A stretch of 45,498 bases of DNA from Octopus bimaculoides (GCF_001194135.2 NC_068984.1:45966173-46011670); one strand, 5' to 3'. Positions 1 through 13,063 are shown, counted from the stretch's first letter. Numbers and translations are program-made. Notes: a model not told the origin generated them from the sequence alone.

Positions 1-181
1 TTCTTATGGTTTCTTAAACATTCACTGGAACAAACTGTACAAATCCAAATATATGGTACCCTAGGCATAACACCTAGATGAACTTCTAACTTGTTGTCTC
101 TTGATGTCTCTGGGTGAGACTTGGATCCAACTTGTACAAATGCAAAACAAAAGTCAAACATAAAATAATAATAATAATAAA
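1..181 (+). mobile_element. 3' UTR plus (AAT)n tail of an R4/Dong-like LINE (family A), truncated by the window start
   Basis: Near-identical to 26694-26870, which directly follows the stop codon of the REL-encoding ORF at 26114-26665; ends in AATAATAATAATAA. Confidence 0.85.
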
Positions 182-184
182 TAG

Positions 185-906
185 AGCTTAATTATACCAG
201 CCTAATATCAAGCGAAACAATCAAACGACTTGATATATATGGAAAGAATGTGTGAGAAAAATGTAAGCCTGTGGAACTGGGAATGAGACAGTGGCACACA
301 CTGTGGTAGATTGCCCCAAGTTGGTACATGAAGAACATAAGAAATGGAGGCACAACCAAATTGTAAAAATTATGCACTGGAAAGTGTGCCAGAAATTGTG
401 ATTTGAAACTGGAAGAAAATGGTATAAAAATTGAGTCAAACTAGTACTGGAGCTGGGGGAATGTTTAATTTTGTGGGCCTTTCCTAATTAATCGGACAAG
501 AAATTAGAAAATAATGGACCATATATACCGATTGTAGATAAGGAGGAGCTAAGTTGCTTACTTATCGACCCATCATGCCCGTTTGATACTAGGACCGTAA
601 AGAAAGAGGAAGATAAAATATACTGGAAGAATTTGAAGCATGCGAACAGTATAATAATTTGTATGCGTGTGTTGATGCGTTGGGAATAGTAAGCCAAGAT
701 ACAGAGAAATGGCTGAAGGAGATTGAAATAAAATGACTGGTAGGGCTCCTACAGGAAGTTTGTCTCTTAGAGACAGTAAGGATTATCAAGTGAACTCTAA
801 GCACTTGAAAAACTGCTGAAAACTTGTGGATACCTAAAGTTGCAGGTAGTAACCCGCTATTCACATAATTCCTGCCAGGAATCAGACTGAACCTGAGCCA
901 AACCAA

Positions 907-944
<38 letters not shown>

Positions 945-945
945 C
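185..945 (+). mobile_element. Decayed 5'-truncated R4/Dong-like LINE (family C): CCHC knuckle, RHN motif, REL endonuclease, 3' UTR, (AAT)n tail
   Basis: Manual translation from 270: CGTGNETVAHTVVDCPKLVHEEHKKWRHNQIVKIMHWKVCQKL*, then ...NNGPYIPIVDKEELSCLLIDPSCPFDTRT..., then ...DALGIVSQDTEKWL...LLQEVCLLETVRIIK*; several stops and frameshifts; (AAT)n at about 906-943. Confidence 0.8.
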
Positions 946-1172
946 AATGGTTTCAAATTTTGCCACAAATTTTGCAGCAATTGTGTGTGTGTGTGTGGGG
1001 GGGGATGAGTTGATTACATTGATCGTAGTGTTCAAATGCTACTCCTTTTATCGACCCCAAAATGATGAAAGGCAAAGTCAACCTCGGCATAATTTGAACT
1101 AAGAACGTAGCAACGGGCGAAATACCGCTAAGCGGTTCGTCCAGTGCGCTAATGATTCTGCCAGCTCACCAG
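946..1172 (-). mobile_element. tRNA-derived SINE (Deu/Nin-like core)
   Basis: Reverse complement matches the + copy at 27276-27492 (CTGGCAGAATC head, GCGGTATTTCG, GTTCAAATT B-box, CCGAGGTTGACTTTGCCTTTCATC core, GGGGTCGATAAA). Confidence 0.8.
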
Positions 1173-2267
1173 CTAAACAACAACAACAATAATAACACAC
1201 AAGCACACACACTCATATATACTGACAAACACACACACATACATAAACACACACGCACACAGACATATGCATATGTGTATGTGTCTGGGTGTGTGTGTAT
1301 ATACACGCACACACATGCTTATATGTATCTATTTATGTAGATGTGTGATTGCACAAGTGTTTATGCTTACATCTGTCAAAATAAAATCAGCTTTGTTGTT
1401 TTTATTACATCACCTAGCGGATAGATAATTAACGATTGATAAAATAACTACCAAACTGAAATATGTTCTGGAGTACATGTATTATCCACTATATGCGTCC
1501 ATCCCAATGACTACTATTCACTGAAACCAGTAAAAGATAAAAGAATAAAAATAGTTTAATTACAAAAAAACAATAATAAAACTCACTGACGAAAATAAAA
1601 GTTAATGTATAAAATATAATGAACTAAATGGAAAAAGAAAGAAAGGATAATGTTAAAACGTCGATTTTGGTACATTGTCCCATGAAAAATCATGTGAAAA
1701 TATTACTTCTCTGATTTTTCTTAAAGGAAATTGTGTGTATGAGAAAATATATATTAGCCGCATATGTATGACATCAGCTTTTGATCATAGTCGATATAAT
1801 AGTTAGGATACGTTTTTCAATACAGATGACTCTTACCTAGGAAACAGGGTAAAGAATCCAGTATTTGGAACTCGTGATTTTTCAACTACGATAATCTTTT
1901 CTGAAAAAGACACGATTGTACATATCTTTTCTTATTAGCTGAGGATGTTATCAACATTTTACATCATGCTTACTGCCTCTAATAGTTACATATAATCCCA
2001 CTTTTTTTCTACCTTATCTCTATACTATATAATTTTTGTCGTTTCTGCAAGCCTACCATGCTTACTTGAGATTTTTAAATATTTTTTTTTCAATCTCCTC
2101 ACCTCTATCCACTAAATATACCCATTCAAAACTTCATTTTTATATACTTATTTAAAATTTTGTGTTTTGCTTAAGAAATGGATACATGTTAGCTTATTTG
2201 AGTGCGTAGTGAAACGTGGTTTCCAAGCGTCCAAATCTTGGCATGTACTCTTATGCATATGTTCTGC

Positions 2268-2323
<56 letters not shown>

Positions 2324-3157
2324 GCCCGGGCGAACGCTCTCCCACGTGTACTTTTAGGTAGGTGTTCGCACATACGTACAAATCTGGGTTTCTATGCGAC
2401 TGTGTACACGCGCACAGGCATTAAAGGAATAAGAATATGTGTGTGAATGTTTGCCTGTACGTATACATAACTGCATGAATGCATACATACAAACATATTT
2501 ATACACACGCACACACACATATACACCCCCACACACGTATATCTATATCTATATCTATATANNNNNNNNNNNNNNNNNNNNNNNNNNNNNNNNNNNNNNN
2601 NNNNNNNNNNNNNNNATATATATGCATACACACATATGTAAACACACAATAGGTGAGAATACGTCAACAGGCATAGAGTAGATACAGACCGGATTAGTGC
2701 TCAAACCAGAACATATTACTATGATCCATCGTCTTAACCATGGGAGACATAATCCAGCCGGACAAGAGTTGGCCATAGGCAACACACTGGTGAACTAATG
2801 ACAATAAAGATTAAAACAAAGAGAGATAAACCGCTGTTTATGACATCAAAGCATTTTTAATATAATTAATTACAAAGAACGAAGATGGGTTATGATAGTC
2901 TTTCATTAACTCCTTCCTTCTGCTTAATTAAATGTATATGTGTATATCTCTTATATATGGTTTGGTGCCATAAGAATCTGTCAGTCCATATTTTATTTCA
3001 TCCTGGAATGTCTGATACTCATGGGAAACGTTTTATTTGTATTTCATAAGACCGTGGGTACTGGTCTATCATTAAATATGTGGTATTTCATATGTCGAGA
3101 GTTAATAATAGCTTTTCTTTTTCTGGATCATCAGTCTTTGTCGATTTTAATCCTTAA

Positions 3158-3232
3158 TACGAGGGCGTGCTGAAAAGTTCCTGGTTTTGGGTAAAAGAAA
3201 ATTCTGAAGGGTCGGTTAATTATTATTTTATT
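3158..3232 (+). mobile_element. Solo mariner/Tc1-type terminal inverted repeat remnant
   Basis: Starts TA|CGAGGGCGTGCTGAAAAGTTCC, a typical mariner TA target plus CGAGGG...AAAAGTT terminus; no partner TIR or transposase seen. Confidence 0.55.
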
Positions 3233-5179
3233 CGTATGGGTATATATTCTATATTTGTGAGTACGGAAGGCAAATTTGAATAGGTGTATATTGCAATATG
3301 AGACGAAACGAAATATCGGAATATTCTTAAATATTTCTATGTTTAAGCAGTTGTGTTTGTTCTGCGTGCATATATATAGCGTTATGAAAAACATTCTGTA
3401 TGAAAACACGTATATATCACAGCCGAGTGTATATGTCTCCTTTCTCAAATCTGTATATCGCAATCCCGTTATCTTAGGAGTATATTAAGAATATTCAATA
3501 GCAACCATTGACAATACTATGTATATATACCTACCTACCTATCTACATACTTACCTACCTACCTACCTACCTACCTACATACATGCATACATACATACAT
3601 ACATACATACATTCATACATAATGCACATATATGGTTTGTTTTCAAAACACGCACACACACACACACACACACATTTGGAGAGAGAGCTAAGTTATGGTG
3701 AGGTAAACAAACGAACGTCTAGGGATTGTGAGGGGCAAAAAGAAGCACAAAGACTCACACACACGCGCACACGCATATGCATTTATGTATGTATGTGCAT
3801 ATATATAAGTATAGATGTATGCATTGAGTATTCTTTCTTGTTTATGAAACTCAACAAACATTACTAACACACACACACACGCACACACACACACACACAC
3901 ATATGGGACAGTTTAACCATCATTCTCAATCATCCTCAGACATTGCTGCCGTTGTCTTCAGCAGTATAATTCAACAATTCTCATTTCCATATTTCATCAA
4001 AATTCTGTCAAGTGAAGAGTTTCTTATTCACACTAGATTTATTTACCATCTTCAGAGTTTGAGAAATGTCAGTACATTTTAAACCTATTAATTCCTTGTT
4101 TTGTTGTTTGGCGCGTTTCATTCTTCGCATTCGTTCGCTATAAGCTGCCAAAGTAAACAGTGTATGCTTGAGTGTTGTTGATAATAATCGGATTGTATTA
4201 TTGTTTAGCAGACAATGACAGTAGCAGCGTTCCTGTTAAGGCCAACATGTCGTTTCGTATATCAGAGTCTTCATTCTTCAGTATGCCCTTCTACTTTTAA
4301 AAACTTGGGAGTGATTTTATGGAGATGTGACTAGTATATGTAGCTAGGGAAGCTTCGCTCAGTATAGGGCCTGTTTAAGTTACCGTCATCCCGCAGCGTC
4401 AAGTGTTTATGCATCGACATTCTGTGTTTGAAAATTTCAAAAGAAAGTGGGGTAAAAGAAAATAATTAACTAGATAATCCTATATTTAAAATTCATTGTA
4501 ATAATGACTTTTGTCCAGTATGTATCTACATGTATTGATACACATTCATGCATATATACACATTCATGCATACATACACATGTATACCTACATGTATACG
4601 TACATAAATACATATGTACGTGCATACATACATGTCCGTGTATGTATGTATGTATCTATCTATCTATGTATGTATGAATGTATGTATATATGTATGAATG
4701 TATGTATACATCAGATGATGCATCGAGTGATACGCATATGTATATTTTTAAAGACACCGAAATTCAACTTGCCCCAGCAACAGAACACACTGACTCAGGA
4801 CTTAGGGCCGGGTTTGGTTCTATGGTCTTCTGTTCATGAAGCTGATGGTAGCATAATGTTGTGTATCTATAATGAAAAGCAATTACATCTCGTCGGTCTG
4901 TTTTTTCACAGTTGAGATTTACTCTAGGCGTATATTATTCAATGTAAATTTGAATTCTTCGCTGGTGTAAGAACACTGGAAAATAATTTTACTGTTATGT
5001 CTAGCAGGTCAAGCGATTGCATAGAATTACCTGTTGGCCCACTTCTTGTCGATATAATATGATTGTTTCGTTGTTGTTAAGTGTTTATCATCGATAATCG
5101 AGCTGACTGAATGGCGATGTTAGGTGATGTTATTTGATATCTTACACCGTGTGTGTATGTGTGAGTGGTGGTGGTAGTG

Positions 5180-5310
5180 ATGGCAGAATTGTTACTGTAT
5201 CGGACTAACATAATACATTGCGGTATTTGTTTTGGCACGTTACGCCTGAGTTCGAAACCTGCCGAGGTTGTATTTGCCTTCCTTCTCCCTGGGTCGATAA
5301 AACAGAGCAC
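5180..5310 (+). mobile_element. Diverged tRNA-derived SINE copy
   Basis: TGGCAGAATTGTTA...GCGGTATTTG...GAGTTCGAAAC (B-box)...GCCGAGGTTGTATTTGCCTT...GGGTCGATAAAA; homologous to 27276-27492. Confidence 0.7.
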
Positions 5311-6057
5311 TAATAAAATATTTGATTAGATTTAATCGACTGATCCAACATCTTCAAAATTGAACTGTCTGTCTGTCTGTCTCTGACACTGTTTCTCTCT
5401 GTATCTATCGGTCTATCTATCTACAAATGCACATGCATTTCTAACTATGCATATTCGTGTCTCTATATGGACGTACGTAAGCATACGTGCATGTATGTGT
5501 GCTTGTGTATGTGCGTGTATGCATGTGTGTGTGTGTGTATTTGTGTACATTTGTGATGTGTTTGTCTATTTTCTATCTCTACGCGCACTCATGTATGTCT
5601 GTTTACGCGTAGGTACAAAACACGGGTGTATATTCAGACATAATGGATTACCACAATAGGGGATGAACACAAAAACACATACACTTCATACATAGACATA
5701 CACGCCTACATATAGAGAAAATGCTTCAGAATCTACACCATTTCAAATAATTTCAGACATATACATGTATACATAGAGACACACTAAAATGTATGCGCTT
5801 ATTATCATAAATCTACATATGCCTATATAAAGACAAAGCAAATGCACTTATACGTATCTTTACGTGTAAGTATATATATGTGTATGTTCATGCATGTGTG
5901 TAAATGTACGTATATATATGTATGTTTCTGTGAATATCTAATTGCATTTATTTTTATTTCTCCTGAAATCGAAGAATTTATAACCTTTTGAGGTTACTTT
6001 AATAGCATCAAGTTCTTTATTTAATAACTGTAAGAAATGAATTTGGCTTTGAAAAAA

Positions 6058-6200
6058 GTAAACAACAACAACAACAACAACAACAACAGCAAACACATGA
6101 TAATAATGATGACTGTACTACTACTACTACTAATAATAATAATGATAACAACAGCAACAACAACAACAACAATAATAACAGCAATAATAGTAATATTAAT
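6058..6200. repeat. Compound (AAC)n/(AAT)n/(CTA)n microsatellite
   Basis: Direct reading of tandem triplets. Confidence 0.9.
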
Positions 6201-6865
6201 CAAGGTAGAGAAAGTAAAAATCTGAACCAAAACAACAACAAGAAAAACAAAGAACACATACGATATTAGAAATAAAACATTAAATAAAATATAAATAAGT
6301 GAAATAAACATTTAAATCTAGTAATTACATAAATATCCTTAAAGAAAGATTTTTCACCATTCTCTACATAGATTGGAAAATNNNNNNNNNNNNNNNNNNN
6401 NNNNNNNNNNNNNNNNNNNNNNNNNNNNNNNNNNNNNNNNNNNNNNNNNNNNNNNNNNNNNNNNNNNNNNNNNNNNNNNNNNNNNNNNNNNNNNNNNNNN
6501 NNNNNNNNNNNNNNNNNNNNNNNNNNNNNNNNNNNNNNNNNNNNNNNNNNNNNNNNNNNNNNNNNNNNNNNNNNNNNNNNNNNNNNNNNNNNNNNNNNNN
6601 NNNNNNNNNNNNNNNNNNNNNNNNNNNNNNNNNNNNNNNNNNNNNNNNNNNNNNNNNNNNNNNNNNNNNNNNNNNNNNNNNNNNNNNNNNNNNNNNNNNN
6701 NNNNNNNNNNNNNNNNNNNNNNNNNNNNNNNNNNNNNNNNNNNNNNNNNNNNNNNNNNNNNNNNNNNNNNNNNNNNNNNNNNNNNNNNNNNNNNNNNNNN
6801 NNNNNNNNNNNNNNNNNNNNNNNNNNNNNNNNNNNNNNNNNNNNNNNNNNNNNNNNNNNNNNNNN

Positions 6866-6918
<53 letters not shown>

Positions 6919-7367
6919 GTTTCCTAAAGCTATACCTCAGTATTACTCCTATTCGAAAATCTTTCTTTCACGTTATCTTATATAACAATACAATAAATAT
7001 AATATATTTTGAGTACTCAGTAACATACCTCCTTACATGTCATTTATATTCTACCAATCCCTCCTTTTGTAAAATTTCCAATACAGAAATAAAATATGAT
7101 ACTATTGCCGCTCCAATTTTAGAGAAATCAGCTGAAAATATCTTCATCAAACAAATCTTACGCAGGAGGAATCCATATTTTAAGTACACTCTCACACACA
7201 CATACACACACATGCAACAAATATTGGGGTATATACATACATANNNNNNNNNNCGCACGCAATCATATTTATTCAAACAAAATGATACAGAGAAAGAATC
7301 CATATTCGTAAGTGCATATATAATATCTAAGCATCTGTCTATGTATCTATCTCCATGTATATACGTA

Positions 7368-7405
<38 letters not shown>

Positions 7406-9115
7406 TTATATATATAAAAATGTATATACAAGAGTTACAGAATGAAGCTGGAAAGATCCACCAAGTGGAACCTCAGAAGTGGTAAAATCCAAGCGATGTG
7501 TATAACGCTGGCTACTCCTCAGGCCAAGGATATTTATATTTGGATTTTACCATCTCTGGATTTTACCATTTCTTTTACCGCTCGCTATGAAACATATGTA
7601 GACTGGATTTTTCCTATTCCAATCCGTTACTCTTGTATTCTTTTTTCTATACTCTGCAACCCTTGGTCGCCAAGCGTGGATTATAAAAAGAACCATTTTT
7701 CTGTTCACCGACAGATAAAGTAATTCTATATGTATATTGGGTTGTCTAATAACCAGAGCGGTGTTAATTAATTTACGTGTTTAGAAGCTTTTTCTAATGA
7801 CAGCGTGACATAGTATAAAGAAGTGTTGCTTTCTCCGTAATATATTATAGTGTATATACAACCGGCCATATTAGTCTAAGCAAACGAATCCTCTTTTATA
7901 AGAGGGGTCAGCGGCACAAACATTATCCTGAAAAGTTCTAACAAAAGTAATTAGGTACATTAGGCTTTAATTAGGCCAATATCGTTTAAAATATTCTGCA
8001 TGAACTTTTATCACGTATAATTTTATCACCCACTCACTTAAATAGGACAGGTCATAGAACGGTTCAGTGGCCTTTACTTAACACGAATGGACCAAAAGAA
8101 CAGCTTCACAGCTAATTCAAAGAGAATATAGTCTCCTTATATATATTATAAAAAAAAAACAACGTGCGGATAGGTTGCAAAATAACATTTCCAGAATATG
8201 ACAGATAATAATGAAGACAATGAAATTCCGGCATCGTTAATATCAACTGCTTTAGACGTTGTAAAACATATAACAAGATCGAAAACAAATCCAGCAGTAA
8301 AATTACAAGATATGTTTGTAGAATTCTACAAGTTCATTTTGAAAGAAATTTTCAGAAACTCCGAAATGTAATGGAAATATACATTAATATAATCGATAAA
8401 AATATCATTAAAAAATACAAGGATGTCTTTATAATTTTATAGCAATCCCTTCTGCGTCAAGTATCACGGAAATTAATTGTTTCTTTGTAGCCATAGAGTA
8501 ATACGATGGAACTGGCATTTTGATTCTCTCGGATGCTATATATTATACATACTGAAAAACTGAATTTGATCCCTTATCAACAGAATAATATTTCATCTAT
8601 ATGATAGACTCGCCTTTGCTCACAACATGGAATGGTATAACGTGAATATATTTAGAAAGGTACAAATCAAAACTTATAGCAGGATTTGGCTGTAGAATTA
8701 CGATAAATACACTCACACAAAACTACATAATAGGAATTTTCTTTGTGCAACATTAAACGTAAACACCAACGAAACTGAAATATATTCATTCATACTCACA
8801 AGAAATAACATCAACCCTAAAGATAAGTTTAATTCTTCACAAAATTCGGATCTATCCACATATACAGCTAATCACTTTCCCTATATATTACAGACACATC
8901 CTGATCGTAAACAAACGCTCTCTTAAGGCCACTTATGGCTATATGGTGAAAAATAGAACTTAAATCACTCATCATGAACCAAATTGTACAAGTTTTAAGA
9001 AAGTTACCTAACCTAAACTTAATTGCAGAGAGACAACTAGCTGCTCTATGAATGCAAAATGACTATTAAACAATTTATGGAATTGACGTAAAATCGTTAG
9101 TGCAAGGTAAAATAT

Positions 9116-9604
9116 CTAGTGAAATATATTTGGTTTTTGAGAGACGGGCGACAAAATAAACATAGTCGAAAATGGATTTTTGTCGCCAGTGCATACAACA
9201 GTCGATGCAATGGTTTTTATCTATCTGCAATTTAAAATATTCAAGATCTTCCCAGTTGAATTATTCCCAGTTCAGTTTGATTCACTAAAGATGAGAACGT
9301 CATTCTTTCGTGCAACGGAATTTAAATTCCAAGTGTCCTCCATATTGTGTAAACTAACTGAACTTACTATTTCTCTGCTTACGTGCATGCAAAAATAATT
9401 TCTTTAAAAAAGATTTTTCTGTATTAATTGTACTAACTTTGGTAATGTTTCGACAAAACAATTTTCCATAAAAATGTCTAATGAGGTGTGTTTATCAATG
9501 AAGTACAGAAATGTATTTTTATTTTCATTATAGCGTTTGAAAATCGAGGGTGAGTTAAACGATGTAATGTTACAACTTCGTTTCGCTTTGGTGACTTTTT
9601 GGCC
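9116..9604 (-). pseudogene. Decayed reading frame of unknown family (163 codons, 3 internal stops)
   Basis: Manual translation GQKVTKAKRSCNITSFNSPSIFKRYNENKNTFLYFIDKHTSLDIFMENCFVETLPKLVQLIQKNLF*RNYFCMHVSREIVSSVSLHNMEDTWNLNSVARKNDVLIFSESN*TGNN...; stop-poor for very AT-rich DNA; not simple-repeat derived. Confidence 0.45.
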
Positions 9605-10312
9605 TTAGAAGTGAAGCAAATCATATCATTGAATCTGCTATTCTTTAGAACATTATCCCAGTACAAGTTGGATAAAGATATTTTTGTAACAAGAGGGAAA
9701 CAATTCTTTCGCATACATATAGCATTTTTGAGAGCGATGTGATTTTATGGTGATCAGGTTTCTTATATTTACGCTCACAGATTTAATTTTCTTGTATTGC
9801 TGATATCAGTTTGAATCTAAATTTAATATTAGATATAAAACAAATAAAAATATAGCTATGCAGATGTTCATTGATAATGCAATTTTAAAAAAAAACAGAG
9901 CCATTAAAGGTACTGATTAAATCTTTTGTGAAGTCACCCAAATTTTGGACGTTAGATTTAGTGCGTGATAAGACATTTATTGTCTTTACATAAGCCAAAA
10001 TCTAAAAATTTGAATTTATTATTTAGGGTGTCTAAAATGCGTAACTCGATAATTTCCCATAGCACCATGAAACGTGTCCATACATACTAATTCACCACAA
10101 TTAACTCCCAACACCGAAGGGGAAGTTTTATCAATAAAGTGACGTTTTTCTTTTTTATAATTTGGCATGCAAGATTATTTTCAAACCAATATCATTTACG
10201 GCGTAACATATTTTGACAAATGTTAAGACACTGGTAAATAAGGGATTGAAGATGAATGGTTAAAACCAAAGCATAAAAATTGATAAATAAATTAAATTGT
10301 GTAAAGTTGCAA

Positions 10313-10849
10313 TTAATTTATTACTGACACTCTTGAACCAACTGACTTCTGAATTACTATTATACTACTGTCGGATGTTGACTTTCCTGATTGCAACATT
10401 ATATTACTTAAAATGTGTTTCTTAATTAATTTGATTCCGCTTTCAGTTGAGTTAATTAATCTACATTTGCAATTGAAGCTCTCTTTGTTAGCTTTTAATG
10501 TGATATGTACTTCACGCTTGACTAAGCATTCTATAAGTTGTTCTAGTTTTAATTGAGTTAAAATATCTTTGGCTACGATATTGATATCGTTGTACGTGTG
10601 TGAATTGGAATTTCAATAGTTTGCAGCGATATTGTACTGTTGCAGTTTGATATACATATCAATATCTAATTAAACAGTTTTAGTTTTATCACAAAACGCA
10701 GAAGGTTTATTATATTTCTTAAAGTTTTCCATATTGGAATTTAGCGTACGTTGGAAAATATGGCGTTCGCAAAATCTTATTTTATGCATTATCTCAGATT
10801 CGCATGTTCTTATCAAACGTATTTGTAGTTTTATAAACAGTTTACAAAT
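10313..10849 (-). pseudogene. Decayed reading frame of unknown family (179 codons, 2 internal stops)
   Basis: Manual translation ICKLFIKLQIRLIRTCESEIMHKIRFCERHIFQRTLNSNMENFKKYNKPSAFCDKTKTV*LDIDMYIKLQQYNIAANY*NSNSHTYNDINIVAKDILTQLKLEQLIECLVKREVHITLKANKESFNCKCRLINSTESGIKLIKKHILSNIMLQSG...; missed by the ORF track because no early start codon. Confidence 0.55.
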
Positions 10850-11804
10850 CTTGGTTGTGAAGCAAATTATATCACAGAACCTCCGATTGTTTAGAAGTTT
10901 CTAGTATTATGACCTTTTAAAAGAGCTTTGTTTCAGCTGTCAAATATCTTTTGGCATTTGTTATTAATATGTTTAAAAATGAGGTCTGTTATTGGTGATT
11001 AACATTCATATTTATCTACATCAGCTTTACATTGAAACTATTTTATTCACGTTATACATTTCGCGCTCCTAAGCTCATAATATTCCGATTAGCAGACAGC
11101 AGAGTGACACAGAATATCACTATATTTTAATTGACACACTCGGTCAACAAATTAATACACCATAGTACTACACATTAAAATGCATTACATGCATATTCTT
11201 ACACTATTTACAAACATACACACACACGCATACACACACACAGCATCAACAAGGTAACTTCCTTAATCATCTGAGCTTACAACCGTCGCTTTTCTTTATG
11301 AGACTGCACTTAGTGTAACACTATTCCGTATCCCTTGCCAGTTCTCTCTTAGCTAATCTTAAAGCTATTTTAAGTTTATATTATTCCAAACGTTTTACTG
11401 AAATTGCTCACAATATACTTGTATTTCACTGTCATTTCGAACCAAAGCGATGGAAATTACTTCTATCTTTTGTGCAGAGCTGCCTTTCATCGTGGTTTTA
11501 TTATGTGCTCCAGCTAACAGGAACGACTTGTGCTTATCGTTCAAATATAATCCGCCTAAAATAGTAACTTCACACAAGAATGATAAAATGTGCTGTTTTC
11601 GTCTTTGAAACAATTAGTAGTAGAAAAAAAAAGGATAACAAATATTTAATGTACCTAGATATGTGTTGACGGCTCTCTCTCTTTTACACTCTCCCTCTAC
11701 TTATATATGTGTGTGTGTGTGTTTATACACACACACAATTCAAACACACACACACACGCACGTATATATGAATGTGTATGAGACATTTGTAGGAGGGATA
11801 GTCA

Positions 11805-11852
11805 AACATTAAATGATGAAAGCAACAGAGCCGAAACTCCGAAGTAAATGTT
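11805..11852 (+). ncRNA. Degenerate type I hammerhead-ribozyme-like motif
   Basis: AACATT [stem I] AAA TGATGA A AGC-AACAGA-GCC [stem II, one mismatch] GAA ACT-CCGA-AGT [stem III] A AATGTT [stem I']; GUA triplet; C3 replaced by AAA. Confidence 0.4.
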
Positions 11853-12716
11853 AACCTTTTCCCCTGTAAAAACAATATATATTTCTATGTATCTATTTCT
11901 GCACACCCGGCACATACACATCTACATATACATACATACACATATATGCACACACACACATGCACGGACGCACGCGCGCACAAACTCACACACATCCTTA
12001 TGTTCCTATAGAGGAATACTCCTTGTACAAGCTGTGTGTACTTTCATACCGACAGCAACCTATCAGAATCTTGTAACTGTATTTCCCAATATAAGATTTA
12101 CGAGCATATGATACTCAAGATATGTAGTATACTCAAGATATCCAACAGCCGATATCTTCAGTTATATCTTTTGCATCCTTTCTTTTTGTATGTTTGCTCT
12201 TAGGTAGTGTGAATCGGTTTCCAACTTTTATGTTTATTCTTATAAGCAGATATAGTTAGAACCTACCGCTTTTGAAGAAATGTAAGATTTTTTTTCATAT
12301 TTCCTTATTTCTTTTGTCTATATCTCTATTCTCTGATATAAAAAAAAGATAAGGAATACCTAAATAAAATGGAAAATTTTATAAGTAAAAAAACTTAGAA
12401 ACTTAGATGAGTATCACAAAATATCTAGATTAAACTTGTAATCGATATTATAACGAGGTGAAATATGTGTATAACATAAATGTTGATAAGTAGACTAGAT
12501 AAGCAAAATCGCAACCAATAATTGAATTGTAATGTGTCGCATTGCTGACCGAAGTGCCAGTACTTGGTATCCTGGCATCGCTGGTACTTGACCAACATAT
12601 ATGTAGTTGAATGTCTCAGAACTTTTAGCTGTGAATTAGAAAAATCTAACTAATCAATACAAGAAGTATATAACTAATGGGTCATCGAACTAACGAAGTT
12701 CATCGTCACTATAGTA

Positions 12717-12753
<37 letters not shown>

Positions 12754-13063
12754 TTTCTGCTGCTGTTTCTGCTGCTGCTGCTGCTGCTGTTTCTGCTGCT
12801 GCTGCTTCTGGTGGTGGTGCTGCTGCTACTACTACTACTACTACTACTACTGCTACTGCTACTNNNNNNNNNNNNNNNNNNNNNNNNNNNNNNNNNNNNN
12901 NNNNNNNNNNNNNNNNNNNNNNNNNNNNNNNNNNNNNNNNNNNNNNNNNNNNNNNNNNNNNNNNNNNNNNNNNNNNNNNNNNNNNNNNNNNNNNNNNNNN
13001 NNNNNNNNNCTGCTGCTACTACTACTACTACTACTACTACTGCTGCTGCTGCTACTACTACTA

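Noticed and set aside
2690-2792. Minus-strand exon candidate after a strong pyrimidine tract
   Set aside because: Frame and donor are ambiguous; no homology recognised.
6373-6927. Long track ORFs spanning N runs (also 17138-17982, 30900-31667, 32668-33128, 44232-44864)
   Set aside because: Length comes from N gaps and flanking dinucleotide repeats; no coding evidence.
7442-7723. 93-aa ATG ORF
   Set aside because: No recognisable motif; contains a local GGATTTTACCAT direct and inverted duplication; length reachable by chance. It may belong to the 7.4-11.2 kb block, but this is unsupported.
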